From assembly GCA_038844785.1 (NCBI GenBank), contig JAWBRA010000002.1, positions 1 through 64,000 on the forward strand: DNA of 64,000 nucleotides, given 5' to 3'. This DNA comes from Candidatus Caldarchaeum sp. (GTDB taxonomy: Archaea > Thermoproteota > Nitrososphaeria_A > Caldarchaeales > Caldarchaeaceae). The translations under genes were made by a program, and so were the position numbers. Each line of letters begins with the position of its first letter. Position 1 is the first letter of the stretch. The notes beneath the pieces are model-generated. The model did not search any database. It had not been told where the DNA came from and saw only the letters and a list, made by a program, of their open reading frames with translations. Shown here piece after piece: positions 48,466 through 58,659 of the stretch.

Positions 48466-48943
48466 TTCAACGGAAATTGAAGGTGGGGAAAATAGGGGAG
48501 GTTTGGCTGGAGGCCGTCAACCAGAACAGCATCAAGGAAACCCTTTGTAGAGGGAGGGGGGTTTTAAGGCGGGTATGAGGTTACGTCAGGAAGAGTCTTA
48601 GAATATTAAAAACCTACCCCATCACAAGGCTAACGACGGAAGACAGGTTAGAACAGACATGTGGGTTGAGGATGGAATACCACGGTCCACTTTGAAGAGC
48701 CTCCGTTCATTCCCTCAGGTGTTCAGCCACAATAAGATAGGGGAGAATGGTTATGTAGTGTATGCCATAAAACATTCGAGAACAGGGATAGACGCCCCAA
48801 CTGCAACAGAGCATTAAGAAAAAAGAAACTCTATAAGGACTGTCGCACTTTTTCAGGAGGTTATGAAGACCGGTAAACAACTTTTCCTATTTGTCTTTCG
48901 GGAAATAGGTTTAAACCCTAGCCGTTGAACTTTCGCATTAGGT

Positions 48944-49225
48944 TTGAGCGAGGGTTCGACGTCTGTGTTTGTCATTCCGTTGGCTAAGGCGTGGAAAGCT
49001 TCCCGGCTTAGAAGGGCTGACGCAGCAATACGGCTGGTGAGAGAGTTTGCTAGGAGGCACACCAAGGCAGCGAACGTGAAGATCTCACCTAAGGTAAGCG
49101 AGAAAATCTGGGAGAAGGGACGGCAAAATCCACCTAGGCGTATTAGAGTTGTTTTCGAAAAAGAAGATGAAAACACAGTTGTAGTGATGCTTGAGGGAGA
49201 GAAGAGGGAGGAAAAGGAGGAGTAG
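48944..49225 (+). CDS. rpl31e: 50S ribosomal protein L31e
   Basis: IPL..RRADAAIRLVREF..RH, IWEKG..NPPRRIRV. Confidence 0.95.
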   Translation: MSEGSTSVFVIPLAKAWKASRLRRADAAIRLVREFARRHTKAANVKISPKVSEKIWEKGRQNPPRRIRVVFEKEDENTVVVMLEGEKREEKEE

Positions 49226-49236
49226 ATGAATCAAGT

Positions 49237-49905
49237 ATGCAGATTCGTTTGGAAACTGTTTTAGGCTCGGCTGAGGTAGGTCTCTTCGCCCTCGCTACCG
49301 ACAAATACCTGCTCATATCAAAGTTTGTAAATCCTTCGAAACGCAGGGTCTTTGAAGAGGTGTTGAACACTAAAGCCATACCAGTATCCTTGGCGGACAG
49401 CATTTTGCTGTCTCCTTTCGCAGCCGGCAACTCAAACGGCCTCATCCTCACAAGCCTAGCTCTTGACGAAGAGCTGGAAAAAATCCGTCAAAACATCCCC
49501 GACATCAACGTAGCCAAAATCGACTCAAAATATACTGCGATAGGCAATCTGGTCCTCTGCAACGATAAAGGCGCCCTTGTAAGCCCAATCCTCGGAAAAA
49601 CCGCTGTAAAAACAATAGGCGAAATTCTTGGGGTTGAAACCGCTTCAGCCACCATTGCGGGCAGGACATACCTCGGGTCTCTGGCGGTGGCTACCAACAG
49701 CGGCGCCTTAATACACATAGACGCAAACGAAGACGAGGTGAAAACCGTTAAAAACGTTTTAAAGGTTGACGTAGAGCTGGGAACGGTGAACGGAGGGGTG
49801 CGTTTCCCGAGAAGCAGCATAGTTGCCAACTCATGGGGTGTTGTGGCAGGAGCTAGGACCACAGGACCGGAGCTGATGACAATAACAAGGGTTTTCCAGA
49901 GGTGA
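49237..49905 (+). CDS. eif6: Translation initiation factor 6
   Basis: GNSNG, AIGNLVLCNDKG, GTVNGG, TTGPEL. Confidence 0.95.
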   Translation: MQIRLETVLGSAEVGLFALATDKYLLISKFVNPSKRRVFEEVLNTKAIPVSLADSILLSPFAAGNSNGLILTSLALDEELEKIRQNIPDINVAKIDSKYTAIGNLVLCNDKGALVSPILGKTAVKTIGEILGVETASATIAGRTYLGSLAVATNSGALIHIDANEDEVKTVKNVLKVDVELGTVNGGVRFPRSSIVANSWGVVAGARTTGPELMTITRVFQR

Positions 49906-49939
49906 CGTTATTAGGGGGCTCACCTCAGGGTCTTGAGGA

Positions 49940-50365
49940 ATGTCTGAAACAGAGATCGCCCAAGCGTTGGAAGAGCTTCAGGTGCTTGAAAGAGTCGTTG
50001 CAGACCTTCAAGCAAGGCTTCTGACTGTACAGCGCTCCATCGTAGAGCATGAAGAGGCTGTTAAACTGATTGAGGAGATCAAAAAAGGTGGGGGGAAGAT
50101 GAGGATTTTGGTTCCTCTAGGCGCTGGCGCATACGCAGAGGCCAGTTTCGAGTCGTTAGAGAAGGTCACCATAAGCCTTGGTGCAGGAGTGTACGCAGTC
50201 AAAGCCTTGGATGACACCCAGCAGCTTTTAACACGTAGAAGCCAGAGCCTTCAAGCTTTGTTCGACAGCCTTTCCAAAAGGGTTGGTGAGTATTCAGCAA
50301 GGGTTGAAGAGCTTAGACGCTTCCTCGGCAGAGCGCTCGCAGCCCAACGTCAGCAAGGTACCTAG
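49940..50365 (+). CDS. pfdA: Prefoldin alpha subunit
   Basis: Coiled coils flanking LVPLGAG..LGAGVY hairpins. Confidence 0.9.
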   Translation: MSETEIAQALEELQVLERVVADLQARLLTVQRSIVEHEEAVKLIEEIKKGGGKMRILVPLGAGAYAEASFESLEKVTISLGAGVYAVKALDDTQQLLTRRSQSLQALFDSLSKRVGEYSARVEELRRFLGRALAAQRQQGT

Positions 50366-50367
50366 AA

Positions 50368-51276
50368 ATGTTGAAAGGTGTTGCGAAGGTTTTTTCAAGC
50401 GTAGTGGATAGAATCGTCTCTGCACGTCTACCAAGCGAAGAAGTTGAAAAAGCTTTGTCGGATTTCTACCTCCAGCTTGTTGCAGCAGACGTAGCTGTGG
50501 AGACAGCAGAGGCTATAGTCGAAGGGTTGCGGAAGAGCCTCAGCGAGGTTAAAGTCCCCCGCTTCTCAAACCAGAGAGAGATCATCATGCAGTATCTCAA
50601 GTCAACGGTAGAGTCTCTGGTAAAAACAGCCGATATGGAGGAGATCTTCCGCCGTGTTGAGGAAAAAAAGAAGATGGGAAAACCTGTTGTAATGCTTTTT
50701 GTAGGACCGAACGGTTCTGGTAAAACGACGACTGTTGTGAAGGTTGCCAACTATTTGAGAAAAAGAGGTTACTCCGCAATACTTGCTTCATCCGATACTT
50801 TCAGGGCGGGGGCTATAGAGCAGCTGGAAACCTTGGGTGAGAGGGCTGGCTTTCTAGTTGTATCCCAGCAGTATGGTGCAGACCCCGCAGCCGTGGCTGT
50901 CGACGCCTTGAACAAAGCCATCTCCCTTAAGGTGAATTTTGTCTTGATAGACACGGCTGGGAGAACCGAGGTTGACCGTGGGCTGCTTGAAGAGATGCGT
51001 AAGCTAAAACGTGTTGTGAAGCCTGACTTCGTGGTTTACACGGGAGATGCCTTGGCGGGAAACGCCGCCGTGAACCAGGCTAAAATGTTCGACGAAGTTG
51101 TTGGTGTAGACTATGTAATTCTTTCAAAGCTTGACGCCGACGCAAAAGGCGGCTCAGCCATCTCAATATCCCACGCCACAGGCAAGCCTCTTCTCTTCGT
51201 GGGGGTTGGACAGTCTATTGACGACCTAGATGACAAACCGCGGACCAGGCTTCTTAAAAGCCTAGAGCTTGCTTAG
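50368..51276 (+). CDS. ftsY: SRP receptor FtsY
   Basis: GPNGSGKTT, DTFRAGA, DTAGR, KLDADAKGG, GVGQ. Confidence 0.95.
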   Translation: MLKGVAKVFSSVVDRIVSARLPSEEVEKALSDFYLQLVAADVAVETAEAIVEGLRKSLSEVKVPRFSNQREIIMQYLKSTVESLVKTADMEEIFRRVEEKKKMGKPVVMLFVGPNGSGKTTTVVKVANYLRKRGYSAILASSDTFRAGAIEQLETLGERAGFLVVSQQYGADPAAVAVDALNKAISLKVNFVLIDTAGRTEVDRGLLEEMRKLKRVVKPDFVVYTGDALAGNAAVNQAKMFDEVVGVDYVILSKLDADAKGGSAISISHATGKPLLFVGVGQSIDDLDDKPRTRLLKSLELA

Positions 51277-51304
51277 AAAGCTGACATAGAGTTTATCTAA
51301 GACT

Positions 51305-51943
51305 TTGCAGTCCAGAAACTGGATGGAAACCCTTAGACAATTTTTTCTTGACAAAGAGCTCAAGGGCCCTTCGCCTGCCTTCACACCTATCCAACTATTG
51401 TACGTCATATTTTTGCTAGGCTCCTACACCGTGCTAGGGAGAAAAAGGCTCAAGAGTTATCTTGGAATCGGCGAGGGCTCGGTGAGAACGATGCTGGCGA
51501 GATTGATAGAGAAAGGGCTCGCCCTCTCCACCCAGAAGGGCTTGAGCCTAACTGACCAGGGTCGACAGCTATATGATTATCTAAGGAAATTTTTAACCCC
51601 TGTCACGACTGTGCCTTTCCAGATGCCGTGGCAGGCGGAGCATAACTACGGGTTGGTGGTTAAAGGTTTGGCTGAGAAAGTTTCAACAGGGGTTGAAGAA
51701 AGAGATGAAGCGATACGTAACGGTGCGTCTGCAGCGATGATTCTGACCTACACGCTTGACGGGCTGCAAATGCCCCGGGTCGCCAACCTTACGGTTGAAC
51801 AGCCTCGCTTCGCTCAGCAGGTCGTGGATTTCTTTAAGCCTTCGGTAAACGACGTAGTGATAATCGCAGGAGCCGATGAAGATGTGAAAGCCAGGTATGC
51901 TGCTTTAGCGGCTGCTGTAAAGCTTGTAGTCGGAAAAGCTTAA
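51305..51943 (+). CDS. wHTH protein with DUF4443-like C-terminal domain
   Basis: GRKRL..LGIGEGSVRT, GVEERDEAIRNGA. Confidence 0.75.
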   Translation: MQSRNWMETLRQFFLDKELKGPSPAFTPIQLLYVIFLLGSYTVLGRKRLKSYLGIGEGSVRTMLARLIEKGLALSTQKGLSLTDQGRQLYDYLRKFLTPVTTVPFQMPWQAEHNYGLVVKGLAEKVSTGVEERDEAIRNGASAAMILTYTLDGLQMPRVANLTVEQPRFAQQVVDFFKPSVNDVVIIAGADEDVKARYAALAAAVKLVVGKA

Positions 51944-51968
51944 AAAAAGAATAAAAACAGATACAGCC

Positions 51969-53243
51969 ATGTCGCGGACCTCCCGCATAGCCGGCTTCTA
52001 CCAGCTAAGCCTGGAGGAGAGATTGAAGTATCTGGCCGATTTCGCTACGCTGACGGAGGACGAGACAGATATAATTAAGTCAGGTAGGCTGGACCTGTTT
52101 ACAGCCAGCAGAATGATAGAGAACGTCATCGGGATTTTTCCACTACCCTTGGGAATCGCCACTAACTTTCTGGTAAACGGTGTCGACTACCTTGTTCCTA
52201 TGGCTGTGGAAGAGCCCTCTGTTGTTGCGGCGGCATCCAACGCGGCAAAAATGGCCAGAGAAGGCGGAGGGATATATTCTTTCCAAGCCCAGCAGCTGAT
52301 GATCGGGCAGGTTCAGCTGGTCAACGTAGCAAACCCGTACGCAGCTAAGATGGAAATCCTCAGAAACAGAGATGAGATAATCGCTGCAGCCAACGAGAAG
52401 GACCCTGTCCTAGTTAAACTGGGCGGGGGAGCTAAAGACGTGGAGTCCAGAGTCGTCGAGACAGATATAGGCCCTATGGTGGTGGTTCACCTGATCGTGG
52501 ATGTGAGAGACGCGATGGGGGCTAACGCCGTCAACACGATGTGTGAAGCGGTTGCACCAATGCTCGCGAGGCTGGCTGGCGGAAGCTTTAGGCTCAGGAT
52601 TATTTCCAACCTAGCTGACAAACGGCTGGCTAGGGCATACGCCCGCATACCAGCTGAATCAGTCGGCGGCAAGGATGTTGCCCGCGGCATCGTTGAAGCC
52701 TACCACTTCGCGAAAGCAGACCCATACCGTGCAGCAACACACAACAAAGGCATAATGAACGGCATAGACGCCGTCGCTATCGCCACGGGAAATGACTGGA
52801 GAGCTTTGGAGGCTGGGGCACATGCCTACGCAGCACGCAACGGCAGGTATGAGCCGTTGACAGTATGGGAGCAGATGCCGGACGGCGACCTTATGGGAAC
52901 TATAGAGCTTCCGCTGGCTGTGGGAATAGTGGGCGGTGCCACTAGAACAAATCCGGTGGCGAAAATCTGTCTAAAAATACTCGGCGTCAAAACAGCCCGT
53001 GAGCTGGCTGAGGTGATGGCGGCGGTTGGTCTTGTTCAAAACCTAGCAGCTTTAAGAGCCTTAGCTGCTGAGGGAATACAAGCAGGACACATGTCACTCC
53101 ATGCGAAAAACATCGCTGTAATGGCGGGGGCTGTGGGCGAGGAGATAGACCTTGTCGCCGAAGCCATGGTTAGAGAGAAAACAATCAGGGTTGACAGGGC
53201 TCAGGAAATTCTATCGGAGATCAGGTCCCGCCGCCGCGGCTGA
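51969..53243 (+). CDS. mvaA: Class II hydroxymethylglutaryl-CoA reductase
   Basis: IENVIG, EEPSVVAAAS, DAMGAN, THNKGIMNG, GIQAGHMSLH. Confidence 0.95.
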   Translation: MSRTSRIAGFYQLSLEERLKYLADFATLTEDETDIIKSGRLDLFTASRMIENVIGIFPLPLGIATNFLVNGVDYLVPMAVEEPSVVAAASNAAKMAREGGGIYSFQAQQLMIGQVQLVNVANPYAAKMEILRNRDEIIAAANEKDPVLVKLGGGAKDVESRVVETDIGPMVVVHLIVDVRDAMGANAVNTMCEAVAPMLARLAGGSFRLRIISNLADKRLARAYARIPAESVGGKDVARGIVEAYHFAKADPYRAATHNKGIMNGIDAVAIATGNDWRALEAGAHAYAARNGRYEPLTVWEQMPDGDLMGTIELPLAVGIVGGATRTNPVAKICLKILGVKTARELAEVMAAVGLVQNLAALRALAAEGIQAGHMSLHAKNIAVMAGAVGEEIDLVAEAMVREKTIRVDRAQEILSEIRSRRRG

Positions 53244-53565
53244 GAGCCCTTCTCCACCCTTCAGCGTTGAACCTTTTCTCCATCCTCTCCATCTCTTTTC
53301 TCAACGCCTCCTCAAGGTCAACGCCAAACCTGTTCGCCAGCTGCAGCAGAAGAGTGAGCGACTGGGCGAACTCGCTGCCTACGTCTTCTCCGGGCGGTGA
53401 GTGGCCAAGGTTGTCTCGCTTGTATCCCTCTTTAGCCAGTATGAAACGGCCTATTTCCGTCAGCTCCTCAATAAGGTGTGCGTATATCAAAGATTCTCGG
53501 AAACTCTCCCAGCCCCTTGCCTTCTCAAACTCATCCACTATTTTTTGCAGTTCTTTAAGCCTCAA
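53221..53565 (-). CDS. MazG-like nucleotide pyrophosphohydrolase
   Basis: HLIEELTE..SEFA..LANRFGVDLEEAL; TTG start at 53565 preceded by GAGGTGA. Confidence 0.75.
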   Translation of the reverse strand: MRLKELQKIVDEFEKARGWESFRESLIYAHLIEELTEIGRFILAKEGYKRDNLGHSPPGEDVGSEFAQSLTLLLQLANRFGVDLEEALRKEMERMEKRFNAEGWRRALSRGGGT

Positions 53566-53575
53566 AGCGTTCACC

Positions 53576-53929
53576 TCAGAGATAAAGCTGTAGATGCGGA
53601 ATTCCGTCGACGTAGATGACTGAATCCATTCGTGCAAAACCGTGTTTGATGGCTGTGAAGACAGCCTTCTCACCAAGCAGGTTTATTATCGTACCCATCT
53701 TGATATATTCAACAACGTCCTTTTCAACCACAAGCACGCCTTTGTAAAATGATTCGGCTACTTCAACGGAGGCCCCCGAGGACAGCTTCAGCTTCCGGCC
53801 GATTAGCTCCTCATCGCATACTGCGACGACTATCTCTCCGCTTCTCGAGTGATGCATCTTGACCCAGCATCTTTTAACACATTCGTTCCTATATTCTTCT
53901 GACAGGGTTCTTCGCCCCGCAAGCATCAC
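53576..53929 (-). CDS. DUF424 family protein (true start probably further downstream)
   Basis: VAVCDEELIG, FYKG, INLLG..AV, IPHLQ. Confidence 0.85.
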   Translation of the reverse strand: MMLAGRRTLSEEYRNECVKRCWVKMHHSRSGEIVVAVCDEELIGRKLKLSSGASVEVAESFYKGVLVVEKDVVEYIKMGTIINLLGEKAVFTAIKHGFARMDSVIYVDGIPHLQLYL

Positions 53930-54320
53930 ATACCAAGAACCTGAACCTTTTCTCGCTTACTATCCTTGTGTCTATGCCGTTGCAAACAGGACATCTTACA
54001 AACTCTTTTATGTAGAGGTCAATGAGCCTCCTAGTCTCCTCTACGTTCATTTTTCCCTGAATGAGCAGCTTGTCGTCTGAAATAGAGCCTGCCCGCCCGG
54101 TTTCCTTCAGTAGAAAACGTGCGAAATGTGCTGACTCTCGGTTTAAGGTTTTGGCTATCTGGCCAAGGTTGGTCAAAATCGTGTTTTTCGAATCGTGCAC
54201 TAGGTTGGGCTTCAGCTCCAACATCCTGTCTCCAGCGGCGGAGTTTTGCCTAGATACTTTCAACATTACGTTGTCCAACAGCTTCATGTAAAACTCTTTG
54301 CTCGCTATGTCGAGGGTCAC
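53889..54320 (-). CDS. eif2b: Translation initiation factor 2 beta subunit
   Basis: LNR..H..FLLKE, FVRCPVCNGIDT, CDACGA. Confidence 0.95.
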   Translation of the reverse strand: MTLDIASKEFYMKLLDNVMLKVSRQNSAAGDRMLELKPNLVHDSKNTILTNLGQIAKTLNRESAHFARFLLKETGRAGSISDDKLLIQGKMNVEETRRLIDLYIKEFVRCPVCNGIDTRIVSEKRFRFLVCDACGAKNPVRRI

Positions 54321-54403
54321 TCCAAAACAAGCATGTCCCAGCGCTATTTAAGAGGATATCATTGCCGTGGAGATGTTTAAAACAGAGCTTGATAACACAG
54401 TTC

Positions 54404-55723
54404 ATGAACGGTTTGGCAGCACCATTTGTTAAAGACGTTGGAATGGCTGAGCAGGGATTTAAGAAGATTGAGTTTGCCGAGGCCTCGATGCCTGTGCTGA
54501 TCTTCTTAAGGAGAAAATATTCGACTGAAAAGCCTTTCGCCGGCCTTACCGTATCCGCATGTTTGCATGTTACGAAGGAGACCGCTGTTCTTGCGCGGAC
54601 GTTGAGGGATGGAGGGGCTAAGGTGGTTTTATGCGCGTCGAACCCTCTAAGCACTCAGGATGAAGTGGCATCCGCTTTAGCTTCTGATGGTTTCAACGTC
54701 TATGCTTTCAGAGGGATGTCGGCACATCAATATTATGAGGCTATAGGTATGGCTCTCTCGCACCGTCCCGACATGACGGTCGACGACGGAGCAGACCTTG
54801 TTACTTCACTCCATAAGATAGCCTTAGGCCTCAGAGACGAAACAGTTGACATTGTGAAAAAGACAGCCGGCGACATAGGCTACCATATAGACAGAGTGAT
54901 AGGGGGGACAGAAGAGACAACAACGGGAGTCAACAGGCTTAGAGCGATGGAGGCTGAAGGAGTTCTCAAGTACCCCATAATTGCCGTCAACGACGCATTG
55001 TCCAAGAGCTTGTTCGACAACCCTTTGGGAACGGGCCAGTCGGCGCTGGACGGAGTGATTAGGGCGACCAACATCCTTTTCGCTGGGAAGAACGTGGTGG
55101 TCTGCGGATACGGCCGCGTCGGGTCCGGCATAGCTGAGAGAGCGCGTGGACTGGGTGCCAGAGTGACTGTTGTAGAGCCCGACCCTATAAAAGCCCTGCA
55201 GGCCTACATGGCTGGATATACGGTAACCTCGATGGATAAAGCGGCCGAGTATGGCGATGTATTCATAACATCTACCGGAAATATCGACGTCATTAGGGGC
55301 GAACACATGGTGAAGATGAAAGATGGAGCTATACTTGCCAACGCTGGACACATGGATGTCGAGATAAACAAACAAGACCTGAGAGAGTTGGCTGTTGCGG
55401 TCGATAAGGTGAAGGAAAACGTGGAAGTTTACAGGCTGAGGAACGGCAGGAAAATATACTTGCTCGCCGAAGGCAGGCTTGTAAACCTAGTCTGCGCAGA
55501 AGGGCATCCATCAGAGGTTATGGACCTGTCCTTCGCTCTACAGGCAGAGTCACTACGATACATAGTTGAAAACCACGAAAGGCTTGAGAGGAAAGTTTAC
55601 AACGTTCCAACCGAGATAGACAGGATGGTGGCGCGCATAAAACTGGAGACGCTTGGCGTAACGCTGGAGACGTTCACAGCTAAACAGCGGGAATACATGA
55701 CGTCATGGCAGGCAGGGACTTGA
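54404..55723 (+). CDS. ahcY: Adenosylhomocysteinase
   Basis: CLHVTKET, SNPLSTQD, EETTTG, GYGRVG, GHPSEVMDLSF. Confidence 0.97.
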   Translation: MNGLAAPFVKDVGMAEQGFKKIEFAEASMPVLIFLRRKYSTEKPFAGLTVSACLHVTKETAVLARTLRDGGAKVVLCASNPLSTQDEVASALASDGFNVYAFRGMSAHQYYEAIGMALSHRPDMTVDDGADLVTSLHKIALGLRDETVDIVKKTAGDIGYHIDRVIGGTEETTTGVNRLRAMEAEGVLKYPIIAVNDALSKSLFDNPLGTGQSALDGVIRATNILFAGKNVVVCGYGRVGSGIAERARGLGARVTVVEPDPIKALQAYMAGYTVTSMDKAAEYGDVFITSTGNIDVIRGEHMVKMKDGAILANAGHMDVEINKQDLRELAVAVDKVKENVEVYRLRNGRKIYLLAEGRLVNLVCAEGHPSEVMDLSFALQAESLRYIVENHERLERKVYNVPTEIDRMVARIKLETLGVTLETFTAKQREYMTSWQAGT

Positions 55724-56160
55724 AGCAGGTCGGCCCCCGAATAGTTTTCATGAACGTCAAAGGCTCTACTGAGAAGATTGAAGTCAAACAAGTGGAGCTG
55801 CTTGACCAAAAGAGAGTTAGACATGTTTTTACGAACGGGCAGCGAACCCTTAAAAAGCTGATGAAGTATTTGGACAACTACGACATATTGGTCACATGGG
55901 GCGGTGGCGAGAGGGATGTGCCGCTGCTTACGGCGTGGGCTCTTCACGTAGGCGTCGACCCATCGCCGCTTCATACTCTAACGCATCTCGACCTAAAGCA
56001 TTTCGTGAAGCAATTCCTGTTGTTAAATGAGCCTGAGCTGGAGAAAACCGCAAAATTCCTAAGAATTAAGCCGAAGCCCGACAACCTAAGAACGTTGGAG
56101 GCGTTGTTTGAAAAGCTTAGACATCTCCTGAAAACTTTAAAGCCGGAGCTAGCTCTTTAG
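55705..56160 (+). CDS. Degenerate RNase H-like/DnaQ-fold protein
   Basis: LVTWGG..DVPLL, HLDL, LEKTAKFL resemble YprB-like exonucleases, but the N-terminal DxE motif is absent. Confidence 0.55.
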   Translation: MAGRDLKQVGPRIVFMNVKGSTEKIEVKQVELLDQKRVRHVFTNGQRTLKKLMKYLDNYDILVTWGGGERDVPLLTAWALHVGVDPSPLHTLTHLDLKHFVKQFLLLNEPELEKTAKFLRIKPKPDNLRTLEALFEKLRHLLKTLKPELAL

Positions 56161-56678
56161 TACCATCTGTCTTTAAGCCGTAGAAAATAGGCTGCGGCAT
56201 TAGTCGCCATATGCATGAAAAAGGTTAATGCTAGGAGAGCCATAACCGTCAGGGCGTCGAGCCAACCGGGTAGGCCAACGGTGAAATGCACCAGAGCCAG
56301 CGCAGCGGCCAGAAACCCCAGCTGGTCGAGAAGCGGTGCAGGGCTTCCAGTACGCAGCCCAGCCCTCCGTTTGATGAAAGCCCCCGCTATATCGCCGAGC
56401 AAAGCACCCACGGCCAGCAGAAACGCTTCCGACACGCTTAGCAACCATGGAATAAAGTAACTTATCAAGAACCCTGCCACAAATCCTACGGCCGTTCCTG
56501 AGACAAACCCTTCAACTGTTTTGCCGTCGCCGAAAATCCTTCTCCCATCGAAGAATACATGCCCGCCGTCTATGGGGTGAAGTTTCTTCAACATTTTAGA
56601 GACAACAACGGGGGTGGCGTTAGACACGTATGCGGGAAATATATAGGCCAATCCCTGCAGGAACGTCTGTAAATCCAT
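56157..56678 (-). CDS. carS: CDP-archaeol synthase
   Basis: PAYVSNATPV, PIDGG, GDGKTVEG, GDIAGAFIKRR, LDQL. Confidence 0.9.
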   Translation of the reverse strand: MDLQTFLQGLAYIFPAYVSNATPVVVSKMLKKLHPIDGGHVFFDGRRIFGDGKTVEGFVSGTAVGFVAGFLISYFIPWLLSVSEAFLLAVGALLGDIAGAFIKRRAGLRTGSPAPLLDQLGFLAAALALVHFTVGLPGWLDALTVMALLALTFFMHMATNAAAYFLRLKDRWY

Positions 56679-56735
56679 TCACAATACTGGTAAGCCGCTT
56701 GAATATAGATGTGAAAAACATCATTTATAGCGGGC

Positions 56736-58184
56736 GTGGACAAACGTCTGTACAAGGTAATGGTCGAACTGAAGCTTTACAGCTACGGGCCGAAGACAAC
56801 AGTAAGCCATGGAGGGTTTGACGTCGAAATAGGGCCGGACATCTTCATAGCGGTAGAAGGGGTTGGAACGTTTGAAGGCGTTTCCGTGGAGAGAAGGGTC
56901 TCCAAAATGCTGGCCGAGGGAAAAGACCTCTACAAAAGCGCTCGGAAGATACATAGAGATTCGACGAGACGCGGGCATGCATCAATAACAACGTCTCTTC
57001 AGATACAGATGGAGGTCAGAGACTGTAGCAGGGCTCTTTCACTCCTGCTTGTAGCACCTCCATTCGGCTCCTACCTCCAAGAATCCCAGCGAAGAGCTAA
57101 GGTGGACAGGACCTCTTTCATAGATGTAAGGAATTTATCAGGAGATTTAAAGAAGTTTTTCGAAGAAACTGTCGACGAGCTTTTCGAAGGATACAGCACG
57201 CTTGTTGAACAAGGCGTTGGCATTGAGGACGCTCGCTACATCCTGCCCCTCTGCACCAAAACATCACTGTTCATAAGCACAAGCCTTGAAAACTACATCC
57301 CATTAATACAGCTTTCCAGAAGCAGCGAAGCAATTCAGTATGTTCCGTTTGAGGTATCGGAGTTCGCTGAAAAATTCGAGAAGATGATAAGAGAGATCTC
57401 GCCTGTTTTGCTGGATGCACGTCTGGGCTTCGGAAACCGTACAGCCACCTACCCATACCCAAACCCCTACAAGCCCGATGATGGCATCATGCAGTCCATA
57501 ATCTCTAGAAACGGATACCCCGAAGAACCAGTCTTGCTAGATGTATCATCGCTGATAAAAAACGGAGCCGTGCTCGAAGAGGTTTTGGCTGCCCAGCAGA
57601 AAGAGGTGTTTGATACTGTGAACCCATTAGCCACCGCAACAGTTTTAGAGCCGATGTCGCTTGTAGCATACCATCAAGCAATACGGCACAGAACTGTACC
57701 AACAGCCGTTGAGTCAATCTACTCGCCGGCTGAAAGAGCTCTCAAAAACATCGAGGCAAACGTCATAGTCCCGCCTTCTGTGAAGAAAGATGAAAAATTA
57801 AGGTCTTTGTTTTACGGCTTAGCTTCTAAGGCTATACGAGCATACGGGGAGCTTTTGAAGAGTGGCTGTAGACCCTCGACCGCAATACTCATCATGCCCC
57901 AAGCCCTAAGGCTGTACGTCGTCAGATTATACAATGGTTTCAACCTGTTACATCCCACGGGATTCATCGCAACTAGGACTTGTAAATACGCTCAATGGGA
58001 AGAGAGAGGCATAGCCTACAAAATTATGCATGACGTTGTCAAAGCCGCTCCAGCCCTTTCCACAGTCATGGGGGAGAAATGCCGCCATCTACGTTATTGT
58101 CCGGAGAAAGAATGGTGCCCCATAATACTAAAGTACCACCAGTACTCGGACGAGTTGCACAAGAGGTACATGGAAAGTGGTTGA
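56736..58184 (+). CDS. thyX: FAD-dependent thymidylate synthase-like protein with tandem ThyX domains
   Basis: Domain 1: GHASI, QESQR, EDARYILP; domain 2: HQAIRHRT..ES, RTC..AQWEER. Confidence 0.8.
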   Translation: MDKRLYKVMVELKLYSYGPKTTVSHGGFDVEIGPDIFIAVEGVGTFEGVSVERRVSKMLAEGKDLYKSARKIHRDSTRRGHASITTSLQIQMEVRDCSRALSLLLVAPPFGSYLQESQRRAKVDRTSFIDVRNLSGDLKKFFEETVDELFEGYSTLVEQGVGIEDARYILPLCTKTSLFISTSLENYIPLIQLSRSSEAIQYVPFEVSEFAEKFEKMIREISPVLLDARLGFGNRTATYPYPNPYKPDDGIMQSIISRNGYPEEPVLLDVSSLIKNGAVLEEVLAAQQKEVFDTVNPLATATVLEPMSLVAYHQAIRHRTVPTAVESIYSPAERALKNIEANVIVPPSVKKDEKLRSLFYGLASKAIRAYGELLKSGCRPSTAILIMPQALRLYVVRLYNGFNLLHPTGFIATRTCKYAQWEERGIAYKIMHDVVKAAPALSTVMGEKCRHLRYCPEKEWCPIILKYHQYSDELHKRYMESG

Positions 58185-58659
58185 ACATACTTCTGCGAAA
58201 AAGCTTAAAGTCATCGAGGTCGGAGGCCCAAGCCTCAGCTTCGACTACGCCCACTTCCTACCGTCGTCACCAAAATGCGGCGTGCTCCACGGCCACACAT
58301 CCATCGTCAACGTCAGGGTTTGGGGTGAAACGGTCGGCGACATGGTTTTCGAGTTCAGCGAGCTAAAGAGGGTTGTCAAAAGCGTGATAGATGCAATGGA
58401 CCATAAGCTGATAGTGGCCTCGCGCTATATCGTGGCTGATGAGAGGGGTTTTGCTAAAATAGTTTTTGACGGTGTTGGCGGAAGATACGAGCTTAAGCTG
58501 CCTAAAACCTCGGTCTACGTCATAGAGCACGACTCAACCGTGGAAAACATCTCTGAACATATCGCGGAAAAGCTGAAAAAGCTGATGCCGTCGAACATCG
58601 CAAAAATCTCCGTCCGTATGACAGAGGGGTTGGGTAAGTCAGCCACCGCCACAACATGA
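58177..58659 (+). CDS. queD: 6-carboxytetrahydropterin synthase
   Basis: FDYAHFL, CGVLHGH, MDHK, STVEN, TE. Confidence 0.9.
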   Translation: MVEHTSAKKLKVIEVGGPSLSFDYAHFLPSSPKCGVLHGHTSIVNVRVWGETVGDMVFEFSELKRVVKSVIDAMDHKLIVASRYIVADERGFAKIVFDGVGGRYELKLPKTSVYVIEHDSTVENISEHIAEKLKKLMPSNIAKISVRMTEGLGKSATATT

